Below the pieces are notes generated by a model, which was not told where the DNA came from, did not search any database, and saw nothing but the letters and a program-made list of their open reading frames with translations. A DNA stretch of 63,602 bases, filler included, from Chiloscyllium plagiosum (taxonomy: Eukaryota), in NCBI RefSeq assembly GCF_004010195.1. It is 7 parts of 7 records of this genome, joined end to end, with 100 filler letters (N's around TTAATTAATTAA, not from the genome) between each part and the next. Parts side by side here need not be neighbours in the genome. Positions count along the whole stretch, not along the records: positions 45,388 to 52,567 come from NW_025201558.1; positions 52,668 to 60,352 come from NW_025213902.1; positions 60,453 to 61,708 come from NW_025142169.1; positions 61,809 to 63,602 come from NW_025171067.1; 3 more parts are not named here. The stretch is one strand, 5' to 3'. Shown one piece after another: positions 51,360-62,970 of the stretch (within the stretch, counting starts at the first letter, position 1; each line of letters begins with the position of its first letter). Both the position numbers and the translations under genes were made by a program.

Positions 51360-52567
51360 AATCTCAAAGTTGCATTTAATAATTGAACAGAAGTAATGAA
51401 GTGTTTTTTTTCCTCCAGCTGTGAGTTAAATACTGAATTAGTTGTTTCCCACTCTGACTTACATTCCATCTGTGTAGTTAAAGTGGATTATTAACAGGTC
51501 TAGGACGAGTGTCTTGTGCAGTTAATGCTCTCTGTTCAGATACACCCTGGGTCAGACATAGAGTAAAGCTCACTCATTGCAGGATTCCGCCAAGTACCCT
51601 ATCCATCCTAAATCCCTCTGTGACAAAATCTGACAATGTCATTTTATGTCAAGGATAGGGCACGAGTTTTGAACTTGGTGTTTTTGATTCCCCCGATTGG
51701 ACATTCTAACAAAATTCATGTCTGTTTTAAACTGCCAAATTGCACCAATTGGAAATGCAAATTTAAGACACTTTAAAATTAAATTTGATTGGAACATACA
51801 AATCCTAAATAGTGCAGAACAGTTTGAATGTAATCTTTGTTTCTGGGGAACTGCCAGGGATCTTGCGCCAGCGCATGAGTTGACAGAATGCATCTTCACT
51901 TTCACACCAAAGAGAATCAACAGATAAGTTGTTGTGGAGCAGAGGGGTGGGGAACGACGAATGGTCTGTCCTCTTGCTCCCTTTGCAGAGTTTTCATGGT
52001 GGATGTCCTCTGTAATGTAACCCAGTTACTAACAGGAACAGTCAGCTTCTTGCTTACTGTCCAAAGATTTAACATTTCCATGCAAAACAATACCTTTGAA
52101 GCATGTTAGACACGCTTGGCTCTGTTAACAAATGATTAACATTGCTTCCCATAATCCAAAACTGGTGTTTGCATCGTTCCAGTTTGAATTCCATAGTTTT
52201 GTCTCAGTTTTCTGGAGCACATGGGATAAATTCTGGTATTCGAATACCTGATATCATTTTGTTTCACATACAGAACACAAGGAGACATTTTCGAATAAAC
52301 ATATTCAGAAATGTTATCTCTGGGGCAGTGGGGATTTGAACTCACGCTTTTTCTCTCAGAGACAGAAGTTCTATCACTGCAACAGAAGAGTTGCTCATAA
52401 AACGCTAATCTCTCCACGACGATGGGAAATGTTTCCTAGAACACCAAGGTCAAATCTAATTATGGGCAATGCATTAAAATTAGAACAATAAATTAGAATA
52501 ATAAAAATTGCAGTCTGGTATAAGAACAGATACGGAGAGATGATCGCAAATACACACGTAATGACAC

Positions 52568-52667
52568 NNNNNNNNNNNNNNNNNNNNNNNNNNNNNNNNN
52601 NNNNNNNNNNNTTAATTAATTAANNNNNNNNNNNNNNNNNNNNNNNNNNNNNNNNNNNNNNNNNNNN
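52568..52667. other. Artificial scaffold spacer
   Basis: 44 N + TTAATTAATTAA + 44 N. Confidence 0.97.
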
Positions 52668-52679
52668 CAAACAGCTGCT

Positions 52680-54625
52680 CCTCATCCACATTCCCCAGCT
52701 TCTGCTGAATTTTGCTATAGTTGACCTTACCCTAGTTTAGCCCTCTTCCTTTAGGACCACTCTCGTGAGTATTCTAAAACTTATAGAATTGTGATCACTG
52801 TTTCCAAAGAAATCCCTGACTGAAACTTCAACCACCTGGCCGGGCTCATTCCCCAACACCAAGTCCCAAGTCCAGTATGGCCCCTATTTACATACTGCTC
52901 TATAAAATCCTCCCAGATACCCCTTATAAATCTCGAACACTAAGTGAATCCCAGTCAATGTTGGGAAAATTAAAATCTCCCATCACCACCACCTTCTTGT
53001 TCCTACACCTTTCCGTGATGCATTCACATATTTGTACCTCTATCTCACGCTCACTATTGGGAGGCATATAGTTCAGCCCCAGCATTGTTCCCACTCCCTT
53101 CCTGTTTCTGAGCTCTGCCCATATTGCCTCACTGATCGAGTCCTCCATAGTGCCCTCCTTCAGCACAGCTGTGATATCCTCTCTGACCAGTAATGCAACT
53201 CCTCCACCCCTTTTGCCTCCCTTTCTATACCACTTGAAGTATCTGCATCCTCTGGATATTTAGTTGCCAATCTTGCCCTTCCCTCAACCAAGTCTCAGTA
53301 ATAGCAATAGGGGTGGCCCGGTGTCTCACTGGTTAGCACTGCTGCCTCACAGTGCCAGGAACGCGGTTTCGATTCCAACCTTGGGTGACTGTCCATGTGG
53401 AGTTTGCACATTCTCCCTGTGTCTGCATGGGTTTCCTCCGGGTGCTCTGGTTACCGCCCACAATCCAAAAATGTGCAGGTTAGGTGAATTGGCCATGCTA
53501 AATTACCCACTGTATTAGTCAGGAGTAAATACAGAGTAGGGGAATGGGTCTGGGTGAGTTACTCTTTGGCGGGTCGGTATGGACTTGCTGGGCCAGAGGG
53601 CCTGTTTCTGCACAGTATCTAATCATTATACTGCCAGGTACTAATCCAAGCCCTAATTTCCTCTGCCTTACTTACTGCATTAAAACAAATGCACCTAAGA
53701 CCACCTGTCCCTTTGTTCTCATCATCTGCTCCCTAGCTACTCTTCCCCGTAGTCATGCTGACTTCATCATCTAGTTTCTTACAGGCTTTAGTTACTACCT
53801 CCTAACTGTCCACTAACCTCCTTATTTTGTTCCCATCCCCCTCATATTAGTTTAAATCCTCCCCAACAGCGGTAACAAAAGCACCCCAAAGGACATTGGT
53901 TCCAGCCTTACTCAGCTGTAGACTGTCTGATTTGTAATAGTCCCACTTCCCCCAGAACTGGTTCCAATGTCCCAAAAATCTGAAACCCTCCCGATTGCAC
54001 CATCTCTCAAGCCACTCAGTAATCCAGCTTATTTTTTCATTTCTACTCTGGTAGCAATCCTGAGATTACTACCTCTGAGGTTGTACTTTTTAACTTGACT
54101 CCTAACTCCCTAAATTCTGCTTGTCGGACCTCAGCCCGTTTATTACCAATATCATTGTTGCCTATGTGCACCATGACAGCTGGGTGTTCAACCTCCCCCT
54201 TCAGGATGTCCTATAGCCGATCTGAAATATCTCTAACCCATGCATCTGGGAGGCAACATACCATTTGGGAGTCTCGTTCTCCACCACAGAACCAACTGTA
54301 TACTCCCCTTACAATTGAATCCTCAATGACTATTCCCCTTCCACTCTTTTTCCCACCCTTCTGTACAGCACAGCCAGCCATGGTGCCATGAACCTGGCTC
54401 CTGCTGCTTTCCCCTGGTGAGGGGAAAAGTGTCCAAAATGGTATATCTCTTTTGGAGGGAGATGAGCGCAGAGGACACCTGCACCACCTTTCTGCTCTTT
54501 CTCTGCCTTTTCCCTTTTTACCTAAGCAATCCTAATCTGTGGTGTGACCCATTCACTAAACGTGCTATCCACGCTCTCCTCAGCATCATGGATGCTCCAA
54601 AGTGAGTCCATCCACAGCTCCATAG
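52680..54625 (-). mobile_element. CR1 LINE 5' portion (endonuclease and upstream region) with inserted SINE
   Basis: EAIWAELRNRKG...YMPPNS...VVVMGDFNFPNIDW endonuclease motif at 52924-53166. Confidence 0.75.
53311..53626 (+). mobile_element. V-SINE (HE1-like)
   Basis: Same core and tail as 10906-11230. Confidence 0.85.
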
Positions 54626-54634
54626 CTGTCATGG

Positions 54635-56255
54635 GGGGCAGGCATGAGAAAGCATTGGTGGGTAAGATTAAGGAAAACCCTCAGGCATTCTATACTTACG
54701 TGAGGAAAAACTTGATGGTTAGAGTGAGGGTAGGGCCGATCAGGGATAGTGGAGGGAGCTTGTGCAGTGTTGTACAGTAAGTCCTTAATGAATACTTTGT
54801 TTCAATAGTCACTAGTGAGAGGGACCTTGTCATTTGTGAGGACAGCGTGATACAGGCTGATACACTCAAACAGATGTTAAGAAGGAGGATGTGCTGATAA
54901 TTTTGAAAAACATGAAAATAGATAAGTCCCCTGGGCCAGACTGGATATACCCAATGTTACTACGGGAAGCGAGGGAAGAGATTGCTGTGCCTTTGGTGAT
55001 GATATTTGCATCCTGTCCACTGGAGTAGTACCAGATGATTGGAATGTAGCAAATGTTATTCCCTTGTTCAAGAAAGGGATTTGTGATAACTCTGGGAATT
55101 ACAGACCAGTCAGTCTTTCATCAGTGGTGGGCAAATTATTGGAAAAGATTCTGAGATTTGTAAAAGCAAAGCTTGATTAGAAATACTCAGCATGGCTTTG
55201 TGAGGGGCAGGTAATGTCTCACAAGCCTTATTCAATTTTTTGAGGGTGTGTGTGGTGAAACGGTTAAAAATTATGTCCCAATACATGTGTGAATCTAACC
55301 GGAATGGAGGTGTTGCTTAGTCCCGTGTGAATCTTATTACACACCTCCCCGTGTGAATCTTCTTATCTGTATGTAACCAGAATGGAATGTGTTTTTTAGC
55401 CTTGCTCTGCTGTTCACATGAATGTTTATATCTGGAAAAGAGTATATCAGCTGGAAAAGTCTCCAGTTCGGGGAGTCTGCTCCGGGGTTACGTTTAACCG
55501 CCGAGCGTGGGTTGTTGGCAACCGCTCTACGAGAACTGACGGCTCCCAGTTCCGGTAACATGTAGAGTGAGTATAAGCCAGACCCGTTGTAAGTATGAGA
55601 CCTGGTTGTGGCGACGCTGCGGGGAATAAAATGCTCATATTCTAGCAGACTCGCCTCTTGGTCGTTTGTTCTGTGTCAGACTACTCTCCTACGAACCTGA
55701 CCTTGAGAATTTTTTTAAAACAGTGTGACAAAACAACTTTATGAAGATTGGACATTGACAGGATGCAGGGTTGGGCTGAGAAGTGACAGATGGAGTTCAA
55801 ACTGGAAAAGTGTGAAGTGATTCATTTTGGAAGATTGAATTTGAATGCAGATGTCAAGGTTAAAGGCAAGGTTCTTGGCAGTGTGGAGGAACAGAGGGAT
55901 CTTGGGGTCCACATCCAGAGATCCCTTAAAGTTGCCGCCCAAGTTGATTGGGTTGTTAAGAAGGTATATGGTGTGTTTCAGTAGCTGGGGGGAATTGCGT
56001 TCAAGAGCGGCAACGTTATGCTGCAGTCCAATAAAGCTTTGGTTAAACCACACTAGGAATATTGTGTTCAGTTCTGATTGCCTCACCAAAGGAAGAATGT
56101 GGAAGCTTTAGAGAGGGTGCAGTGGAGATTTACCAGGATGCTGCCTGGACTGGAGGTCATGTCTTATGAAGAAATGATGAAGGAGCTAGGGTTTTTCTCA
56201 GTGAAGTGAAAAAGGATGAGAGGGAACTTGATAGAGGTAAACAAGATGATGACAG
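54635..56255 (+). mobile_element. CR1 LINE ORF2 (RT) fragment interrupted by a solo LTR
   Basis: KIKENPQAFYTYVR, KSPGPD.IYP, ANVIPLFKKG, NYRPVSL, QHGFVRGR, then KCEVIHFGR and QRDLGVHI after the insertion. Confidence 0.85.
55251..55722 (+). mobile_element. Solo LTR (472 bp)
   Basis: Starts TGT and ends ACA, flanked by a direct repeat GTGTG (55246-55250, 55723-55727). Internal TATAAG at about 55572 and AATAAA at about 55625. Confidence 0.8.
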
Positions 56256-57149
56256 GGCATAAGGTATGATTCTGTGAGTATGACTGTGTCAGGCTGTTGC
56301 TTGACTAGTCTGTGAGACAGCTCTCCTGAATTTGGCACTCGCCCCAGATGTCAGTAAGGAGGATGGAGCAGGGTAGACAAGGCTATTTCTGTCATTGTCT
56401 TTTTGATGTTGAGATCGATGCTGGGTGGTCTGTCCCGTTTTATTTCTTTGTCGAGACATCATCACGATTGATACAACTGAATGCCTTGCTTGGCCAGCTC
56501 AGAGGGCAGTTCAGAACCAACCACATTGTGGGGGAGAGTGCCATGGACCCTGACAGTATATTCTGACTCCCCCACTTCCCCATTCTGTATATGGAAGGCT
56601 GGAGCCTCTCAGCGGGATATTCACTTGCTGGAGCTATCACCTCCCCCACCTGCACAATTCTGTCCCCACATAAAATCCACACAGATCTTGAATTCACATA
56701 GCACTTTCAATGTCCAAAACATTCCAAGATGATTCACAAAGTTGCAGTAATTGGGAGGGTGTGGATGGACATAAGAACTAGGAGCAGGAGCAGGCAATTC
56801 AGTCCCTCGAGCCCGCTCCACCATTTAATACAATCATGGCTGATCCCATCTCAGCCTCAACTCCACTTTCCTGCCCACTCTCCATCATCCTCTAATCCAT
56901 TACCCATTAAATATCTGTCCATCTCCTCCTTGGTGTGAGACACAAAAGGGACCACTCCATTTCAGACAGTTCGGATTTATGGAGTATGGATGGTGGAAGC
57001 TGGGAGAGGACATCGGAATCATGGAGTGGGACAAACAGGAATGGAGCTTTCTGTGGTCAAGGGGCTGATGTAATGCAAAGGCGGACAATGTTGTGGGAAT
57101 GGAAATCAGAGGCCTATTTGGGTTTTAACGCTGAGATACTGGAAAGTCT

Positions 57150-57575
57150 AATGGGAAGAAGGCTCATGTTTATTAATCTCAGTTGGAGCTTCCTGCGGGA
57201 ATGAAACACATATCTAGTGGTCTCTATTGGAAGGTACAGGGGGAAGGAGGCCCCTGGTTCCTGTTATCTGTTGGAACATCCAGTAGGAAGGAGGCTCGTG
57301 TTTACTGGTCTCTACTGGACAGTCCAGTGGAAAGGAGGCCCATGTTTACTGGTATCAGTTGGATGATCCAATGGTATGGATGTCCATGTTTACTGGTCTC
57401 TATTGGACTGTCCATTGGGAAGGAAGTCCCAGTTTGCTGGCTTCTATTGGAGGGTCCAGTGGGAAGGATGCCCATGTTTAATAGTGTCTATTGCAGGGTG
57501 GTCCATATTTATTAGCAGACTGTCCAGTGGAAGGAGTTCCATGTTTACTGGTCCCTTTTGGAGAGTCCAGTGGGT
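57150..57575. repeat. Degenerate 44-bp tandem repeat
   Basis: TTTACTGGT-like starts at 57301, 57345, 57389 and 57433. Confidence 0.8.
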
Positions 57576-58049
57576 CATGGACACCATGGTGGGTATGGGG
57601 CTGAGTTCCATTCTTTTGTAATGATGTGATTATCCAGCTCTCATCCCAGTGAAACACCCTGACCTGGAGACTGATCATGGAAGGGGAAGGACAGGGGAAA
57701 GGATTGGAACATGTTGTGAATGGACAGGATGGGTCAGTGGGTCAGAGCCTGTCCTGTCCCTCCAGCTCACATTGATGGCCTGAGGGTCTCCTCTCTCTGC
57801 TGGGCCTTCATGGAATGAGGTTTGTGTCCAAACCAGTCCCCAGTGAGAATAGGGCAACAGCACAGAACTGCCCTTCATTTGACAAGAATCTGTCCATCTT
57901 CCTGAGAGAGGCCAAAGCCTGCTTAGTGTGGGAAATGGGGCCTTACTCCAGGAGAAGACATGCCTCTGGGGTCAATGGTTAACATCTACTCATGAGGCAA
58001 AGCAGAGGGGGATTCACCCTGCACTTAAATATTGCCACCTGGCAGACTG

Positions 58050-58322
58050 TGGAAAAGAGAGAGAAGAGAGTCAGTGAGAGAGATAGAGGGAGAGAGTGTG
58101 TGTGAGAGGGTGAGAGATAGAGAATGAGGAGTGTCTGGGACAGTGTGAGATGTGTGAATCGAGTGAGTGAGAGGTAGAGATGGTGAGGTTGAGGGATAGA
58201 GAGAGAGAAATAGACAGAGTGGGAGAGATAGAATATGAGAGAGATTAAGAGTGGGAGAGAGATGTAGAGAGAAAGACATGGCAGATGTGAGACAGAGAGA
58301 CAATGATAGAGAGAGAGTGAGA
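58050..58322. repeat. GA-rich low-complexity tract
   Basis: Imperfect (GA)n/(GT)n. Confidence 0.85.
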
Positions 58323-59275
58323 CACGTTCTGGACACCACATTCTGGGAAGGATGTGATTGTACTAGAGAGGGTACAGAGGAGATTTACCAGGACGCTGCC
58401 TGGCCTAGAGGGTCTGAGCGATGAGGAGAGATTAGAAAGACTGGGGTTGTTTTCCTTGGAGCAGTGAAGATTGACAGGGGACCTGACAGAGGGCTGTAAG
58501 ATTATGGGATGCAGAGATAGGGTGGGTAGGAAGGCACCTTTTCCATGAGTAGAGGGAACAATACCAAGGGGCAGAGATTGAAGGTAACACCAACATAGAG
58601 ACATAGAAACTCAGAGTAGGAATAGGCCATTCGGCCCTTTGAGTATCTCTGTCATCCAATATGACAATGGATGTTCCTCTGTCTTAATGCCATATTCCTA
58701 CCATCTTCCTATACCCCTTGATGTTGTTAAAATGCAAAACAATTACCTCTGTCTTTTTCTTGAACATATTCAGTCCTTTGTCCTCAACAACTTGAACAGA
58801 ATTCCACAGGTTGACCAGCCTCTGAGTGAAGAAATGTTTCATCATCTCAGTCTGAAAGGTCTACCCTGAGACTGTGTCCCCTGGTTCCAGACTCCCCAAC
58901 TAGGGGAAACCTCCTTCCAGCATCAAGTCTGTCCAGCCCTGTTAGAATGTTATACATTTCAGTCAGATCTCCTCTCATCCTTCTCAACTCAAGTGAGTTC
59001 AGGTTCAGCTGAGGTAGACCCTGAGAAGAGAATTGAGAAATGTTTTCACCCAGAGGGTGGTGGGAGTCTGGAACTCACTGCCTGAAAGGCTGGTTGAGTC
59101 ACAAACTCTCGTGACATCGGAGCAGTGTTTAGATATTCCCTTGTGTTGCTGCAGCCTCGAGGGTAATGGGCCAGGAGTTGGAGGATGGGATTAGTTTCAT
59201 CATATTTTTGTCGACCAATACAGACACAATGGGCCAAATGGCCTCATTCAGTGTTGTTCACATCAATGATTCTCT
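58323..59275. mobile_element. Nested CR1 3' fragments upstream of V-kappa (shared with 61860-62790)
   Basis: LERVQRRFTR.LPGLEGLS.EERLERLGLFSLEQ on the plus strand, then an inverted fragment. The same arrangement occurs in scaffold G. Confidence 0.75.
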
Positions 59276-59277
59276 GT

Positions 59278-59314
<37 letters not shown>

Positions 59315-59324
59315 AAGTGTGAGG

Positions 59325-59410
59325 GGCTGACGTGACTCTCTCTGCCTGATTCCATTTACATACTGAGGAACACCCAGTCAGACTCTCACAGACTACAGCT
59401 TTATAAAGCA
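59325..59410 (+). promoter_or_regulatory. V-kappa promoter
   Basis: TGACGTGA, octamer-like ATTTACAT at about 59355 and TTTATAAA at about 59400. ATTTACAT and TATA are conserved in scaffold G. Confidence 0.55.
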
Positions 59411-59467
59411 GAGCTCAGTGAAGGGAGAGTTTATCAGGAACCAGGCACAGGGACAGGAGCACACACC

Positions 59468-60029
59468 ATGATTTCACACATCCAGCTGATCTGGCCCTTG
59501 GCATTCTGTATCGCAGGTACAAAACTCTCTCCTTATACTTGAATCTTTAGCTGCTCTCCATTTCACTCCAATTCCACTGACTTGTGAATGAAGGGAAAAT
59601 GTTGAAACCAGAGGAATGCTCAGTGTCTCCAACAATCTCTCATTTGACAGGCTCTTTCTGTGACAGTTCTGACTTCACTGTGTTTCTCTCTGACCCCTCA
59701 GGTATCAGTGGGGACATCATCATCATCCAGTCTCCCCCGGTGCTGTCAGTGGGACTGGGCCAGATCGCAACCATCACTTGTATGGCCAGTCAATCTGTTA
59801 GCAAGTGGGTTAGCTGGTTCCAGCAGCGAGAAGGTCAGAAACCCTCTCTCCTGATCGATGAAGCAACAACTTGAAACACAGGAGTCTCCGAGTGATTCAC
59901 TGGCAGAGGATCAGGGACCAGTTTCACCCTGACAATCAGCAACGTTCAGAATGAGGATGTCGCTGACTATAACTGTCAGCAGTATAACAGCTACTCTTAC
60001 GTTCGGTAAAGGAACCAAGCTCAGACTGA
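59468..60029 (+). pseudogene. IGKV: Joined VJ kappa-type light chain pseudogene (leader 59468-59516, VJ exon 59702-60029)
   Basis: Leader MISHIQLIWPLAFCIA/GT, then [27 protein letters not shown] stops at 59872 and 59893. V fused directly to J ([16 protein letters not shown]) with a +1 frameshift at AGC TAC TCT T ACG TTC. No RSS. Confidence 0.93.
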
Positions 60030-60352
60030 GTAAGTAAACCTCAATCCTCCGTTATTAACCCTTTCANTCCATTGCTCCCTTTAAGCAGCAAGATCTAAGT
60101 CAGTCAGTTTTACTCACCATGTGGAGGAGCTCAGTCCATTTGCAGCCTGTGGTCCCATTCCTGCAGCATGGAGTGAAATCAGTGAGTAGCCTCCTGCCAG
60201 TCTCAGTGTGACAGACATGGGCAGAGTTTGATGTGAGCTCTGGCTCCCTGTCCCAGTCTCTGATCTCACTGAGGAGAAAGTGAGGTCTGCAGATGCTGGA
60301 GATCAAAGTTGAAACTTTATTGCTGGAACAGCACAGCAGGTCAGGCAGCATT

Positions 60353-60452
60353 NNNNNNNNNNNNNNNNNNNNNNNNNNNNNNNNNNNNNNNNNNNNTTAA
60401 TTAATTAANNNNNNNNNNNNNNNNNNNNNNNNNNNNNNNNNNNNNNNNNNNN
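60353..60452. other. Artificial scaffold spacer
   Basis: 44 N + TTAATTAATTAA + 44 N. Confidence 0.97.
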
Positions 60453-60636
60453 ATGACCTGCCCAAAACATTGTCCCATTGTGTCAGCAGTTTGCTAGTTT
60501 AAATGGTACATTTCCTCTTTGATAGTTTTGTAAGAGGCAGCCTGAGGTCTGCTTCAGATCGTAGTTGGTATAATTGCGTTTAAAACTCGTACTGACCATC
60601 AGTTTATGATGGAATTGACAAAATGTTCCCTTGAGC

Positions 60637-60675
60637 TGTTTTTGAACGGGTCCAGCCCTGGTTCCTCTGGCTGTG
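60637..60675 (-). other. 23-spacer recombination signal sequence of VH
   Basis: Heptamer CACAGCC (60675-60669), 23-bp spacer AGAGGAACCAGGGCTGGACCCGT, nonamer TCAAAAACA (60645-60637). Confidence 0.9.
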
Positions 60676-60980
60676 GTCTCTTGCACAGTAATAGATGGCG
60701 GTGTCTTCGAACTTCAGGTTCTCCATGTCCAACGCGAAAATGTTGTTTGAAGTGTCTTTGGTCGCAGTAAATCGACCCTTAATCGCTGGTGCATAGTTAT
60801 TGTCCGATGAATCATAGTAGTATAGCAGCCACTCCAGACCCTGTCCGGGAACCTGTCGCACCCAGCTCATGGTGTAGCTGCTAAGATCGAACCCGCTGGT
60901 TTTACAGGTCAGTTTCAGGCTGCCTGTGGGACGGCCAGTCTCTGCCTCTGGCTGGGTCAAAATAACCTCCGACTGGACAC
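60676..60980 (-). CDS. IGHV: Unrearranged Ig heavy chain V exon (shark IgM-type VH)
   Basis: Acceptor ttcttttttaaag, then [51 protein letters not shown]...[34 protein letters not shown]. Open frame followed by an RSS. Confidence 0.95.
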
Positions 60981-61108
60981 CTTTAAAAAAGAAAACAAAT
61001 AAACCATGAGCATTAATGCTGATGAAATGATGGCTGAGTCTTTTACATTCTTGCCGTAGACTAACATTGAGACAGTCACAAAAAGATGCTTGAAAAAACA
61101 ACACTCAC

Positions 61109-61157
61109 ATGATAAGAATGTCAGTAACAAACTGAGAAAAATTGTCGACACAATCAT
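61109..61157 (-). CDS. IGHV: VH leader exon
   Basis: MIVSTIFLSLLLTFLS plus a phase-1 donor GTGAGT, 128-bp intron to the V exon. Confidence 0.92.
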
Positions 61158-61243
61158 TCTGTTAACTTGTGGGAAGCCGTTCTGTCAAGATCTTTCTAAA
61201 CAAAGCCGACCCAGGAGTGTTGAATAACAGTCCAGTGACCAGG

Positions 61244-61293
61244 ATTTATATGGCCATCGGAAGGGGCAGACTTACAGCTTCCGCATATTGGTT
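61244..61293 (-). promoter_or_regulatory. VH promoter (TATA and CCAAT)
   Basis: TATAAAT at 61250-61244 and AACCAAT about 40 nt further upstream. No canonical octamer seen. Confidence 0.5.
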
Positions 61294-61708
61294 TTTTGCT
61301 GGAGGCTCAGACTGGTTACTGGTATCAGCTTGTACAGCCCGAACACATTGGATCATGTCTTTACATGAGGTTCTGCTTAAACATGGACACATACACATCT
61401 TAGGATATTTATTTTGCTGAATAGCTTCTTTGGAAGTAAATTTGAGTAGCTTCAGGTCTGTTTCACATGATAGTTGCATATATTTTGTTTAAACAAAAAA
61501 CAAATTCAACTGGAAGTTAGCTCCCTTTATTTCTACATTCATTCACAAGCAGATAAAACTAAAATTAAAGTTCAAACATATTACTAGCTAATAAAACAGT
61601 TGTGCGTTTCTTTCCTGGATACTGCAAGTCTCTGTCGCAGTCAAAATAACATGTAATTCATACTAAACATTTCAAAATTCAATTTAGGCAACTGAATACA
61701 GAGAGTGT

Positions 61709-61808
61709 NNNNNNNNNNNNNNNNNNNNNNNNNNNNNNNNNNNNNNNNNNNNTTAATTAATTAANNNNNNNNNNNNNNNNNNNNNNNNNNNNNNNNNNNN
61801 NNNNNNNN
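61709..61808. other. Artificial scaffold spacer
   Basis: 44 N + TTAATTAATTAA + 44 N. Confidence 0.97.
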
Positions 61809-62970
61809 AGATCAAAGTAGCAGATGTGAGACAGAAAGGGTAAAAGAGAGAGAGGGGTCCTGGTCACCACATTCTGGGAAGGATGTGATTGTACTTGAGA
61901 GGGGGCATTCCCAGGATGCTGCCTGGGATGGAGGGTCAGTTATGAGGAAAGATTGGAAAGGTTGGGATTGTTTTCCTTAGAGCATTGAAGGTTGAGAGGG
62001 ACCTGATAGAGAGGTATAAGATAATTGTTGGCAGTGATATGTTGCACAGGAAGGCACTTTATACACGAGTAAAGGGCTCAATAACCAGGGACAGAGATTG
62101 AAGGTAACACAGATATGGACACATAGAAACTCGGAGCTGGAGCAGGCCATTCGGCCCTTTGAGTCTTGTGTGTCATTCAGTATGATCATGGCTGACCCTC
62201 TCTCTCAATGCTATGTTCCTGCTTTCTCCCCAATTCCTTCATGCTGTTAAAATGCAAAACAACTATCTCTCTATTTTTTTTCGAATATATTCAGTTCCTT
62301 ATCCTCCACAGCCATTTGTGGTAGAGAATTTATCAGGTTGACCATCCTCTGAGTGAAGAAAAGTTTCCTCATCTCAGTCCTCGTATCTCCCTGAGACTGC
62401 ATCCCTTGGTTCCAGACTCCCCAACCAGGGGAAACCTCCTCCCTGCCCAGCCCTGTTAGAATTTTATATGTTTCAATCAGATCCCGTCTCATCCTTCTAA
62501 ACTCAAGTGGGTCCAGGCCCAGTCGAGTTGGAGAGTGAGAGGAGAGTTGAGGAGGAATGTTTTCACCCAGAGGGTGGTGGGAGTCGGGAACTCACTGCCT
62601 GAAAGGCTGGTTGACCCACAAACTCTCATGACATTGGAGCAGTGTTTAGATATCCCCTTGTGTTGCTGTAACCTCCAGGGTAATGGGCCAAGAGCTGGAG
62701 GATGGGATTAGTGTCATCAGATCTATATTTACCAGCACAGATACAATGGGCCAAATGGCCTCATTCAGTGCTATTCACATCAATCACTCTCTGAGACAAA
62801 GAGAGAGAGAGAAGAGGAAGTGTGAGGGGCTAACGTGGCTCTCTCTGCCTGATGCAATTTACATACTGAGGAACACCCAGTCAGATTCTCACAGGCTGCA
62901 GCTTTATAAAGCAGAGCCCAGTTAAGGGAGAGTTTATCAGGAACCAGGCACAGGGACAGGAGTACACACC

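Noticed and set aside
51755-51762. Perfect octamer ATGCAAAT downstream of IgNAR C5
   Set aside because: A single 8-mer in AT-rich DNA with no supporting motif cluster could easily be chance.
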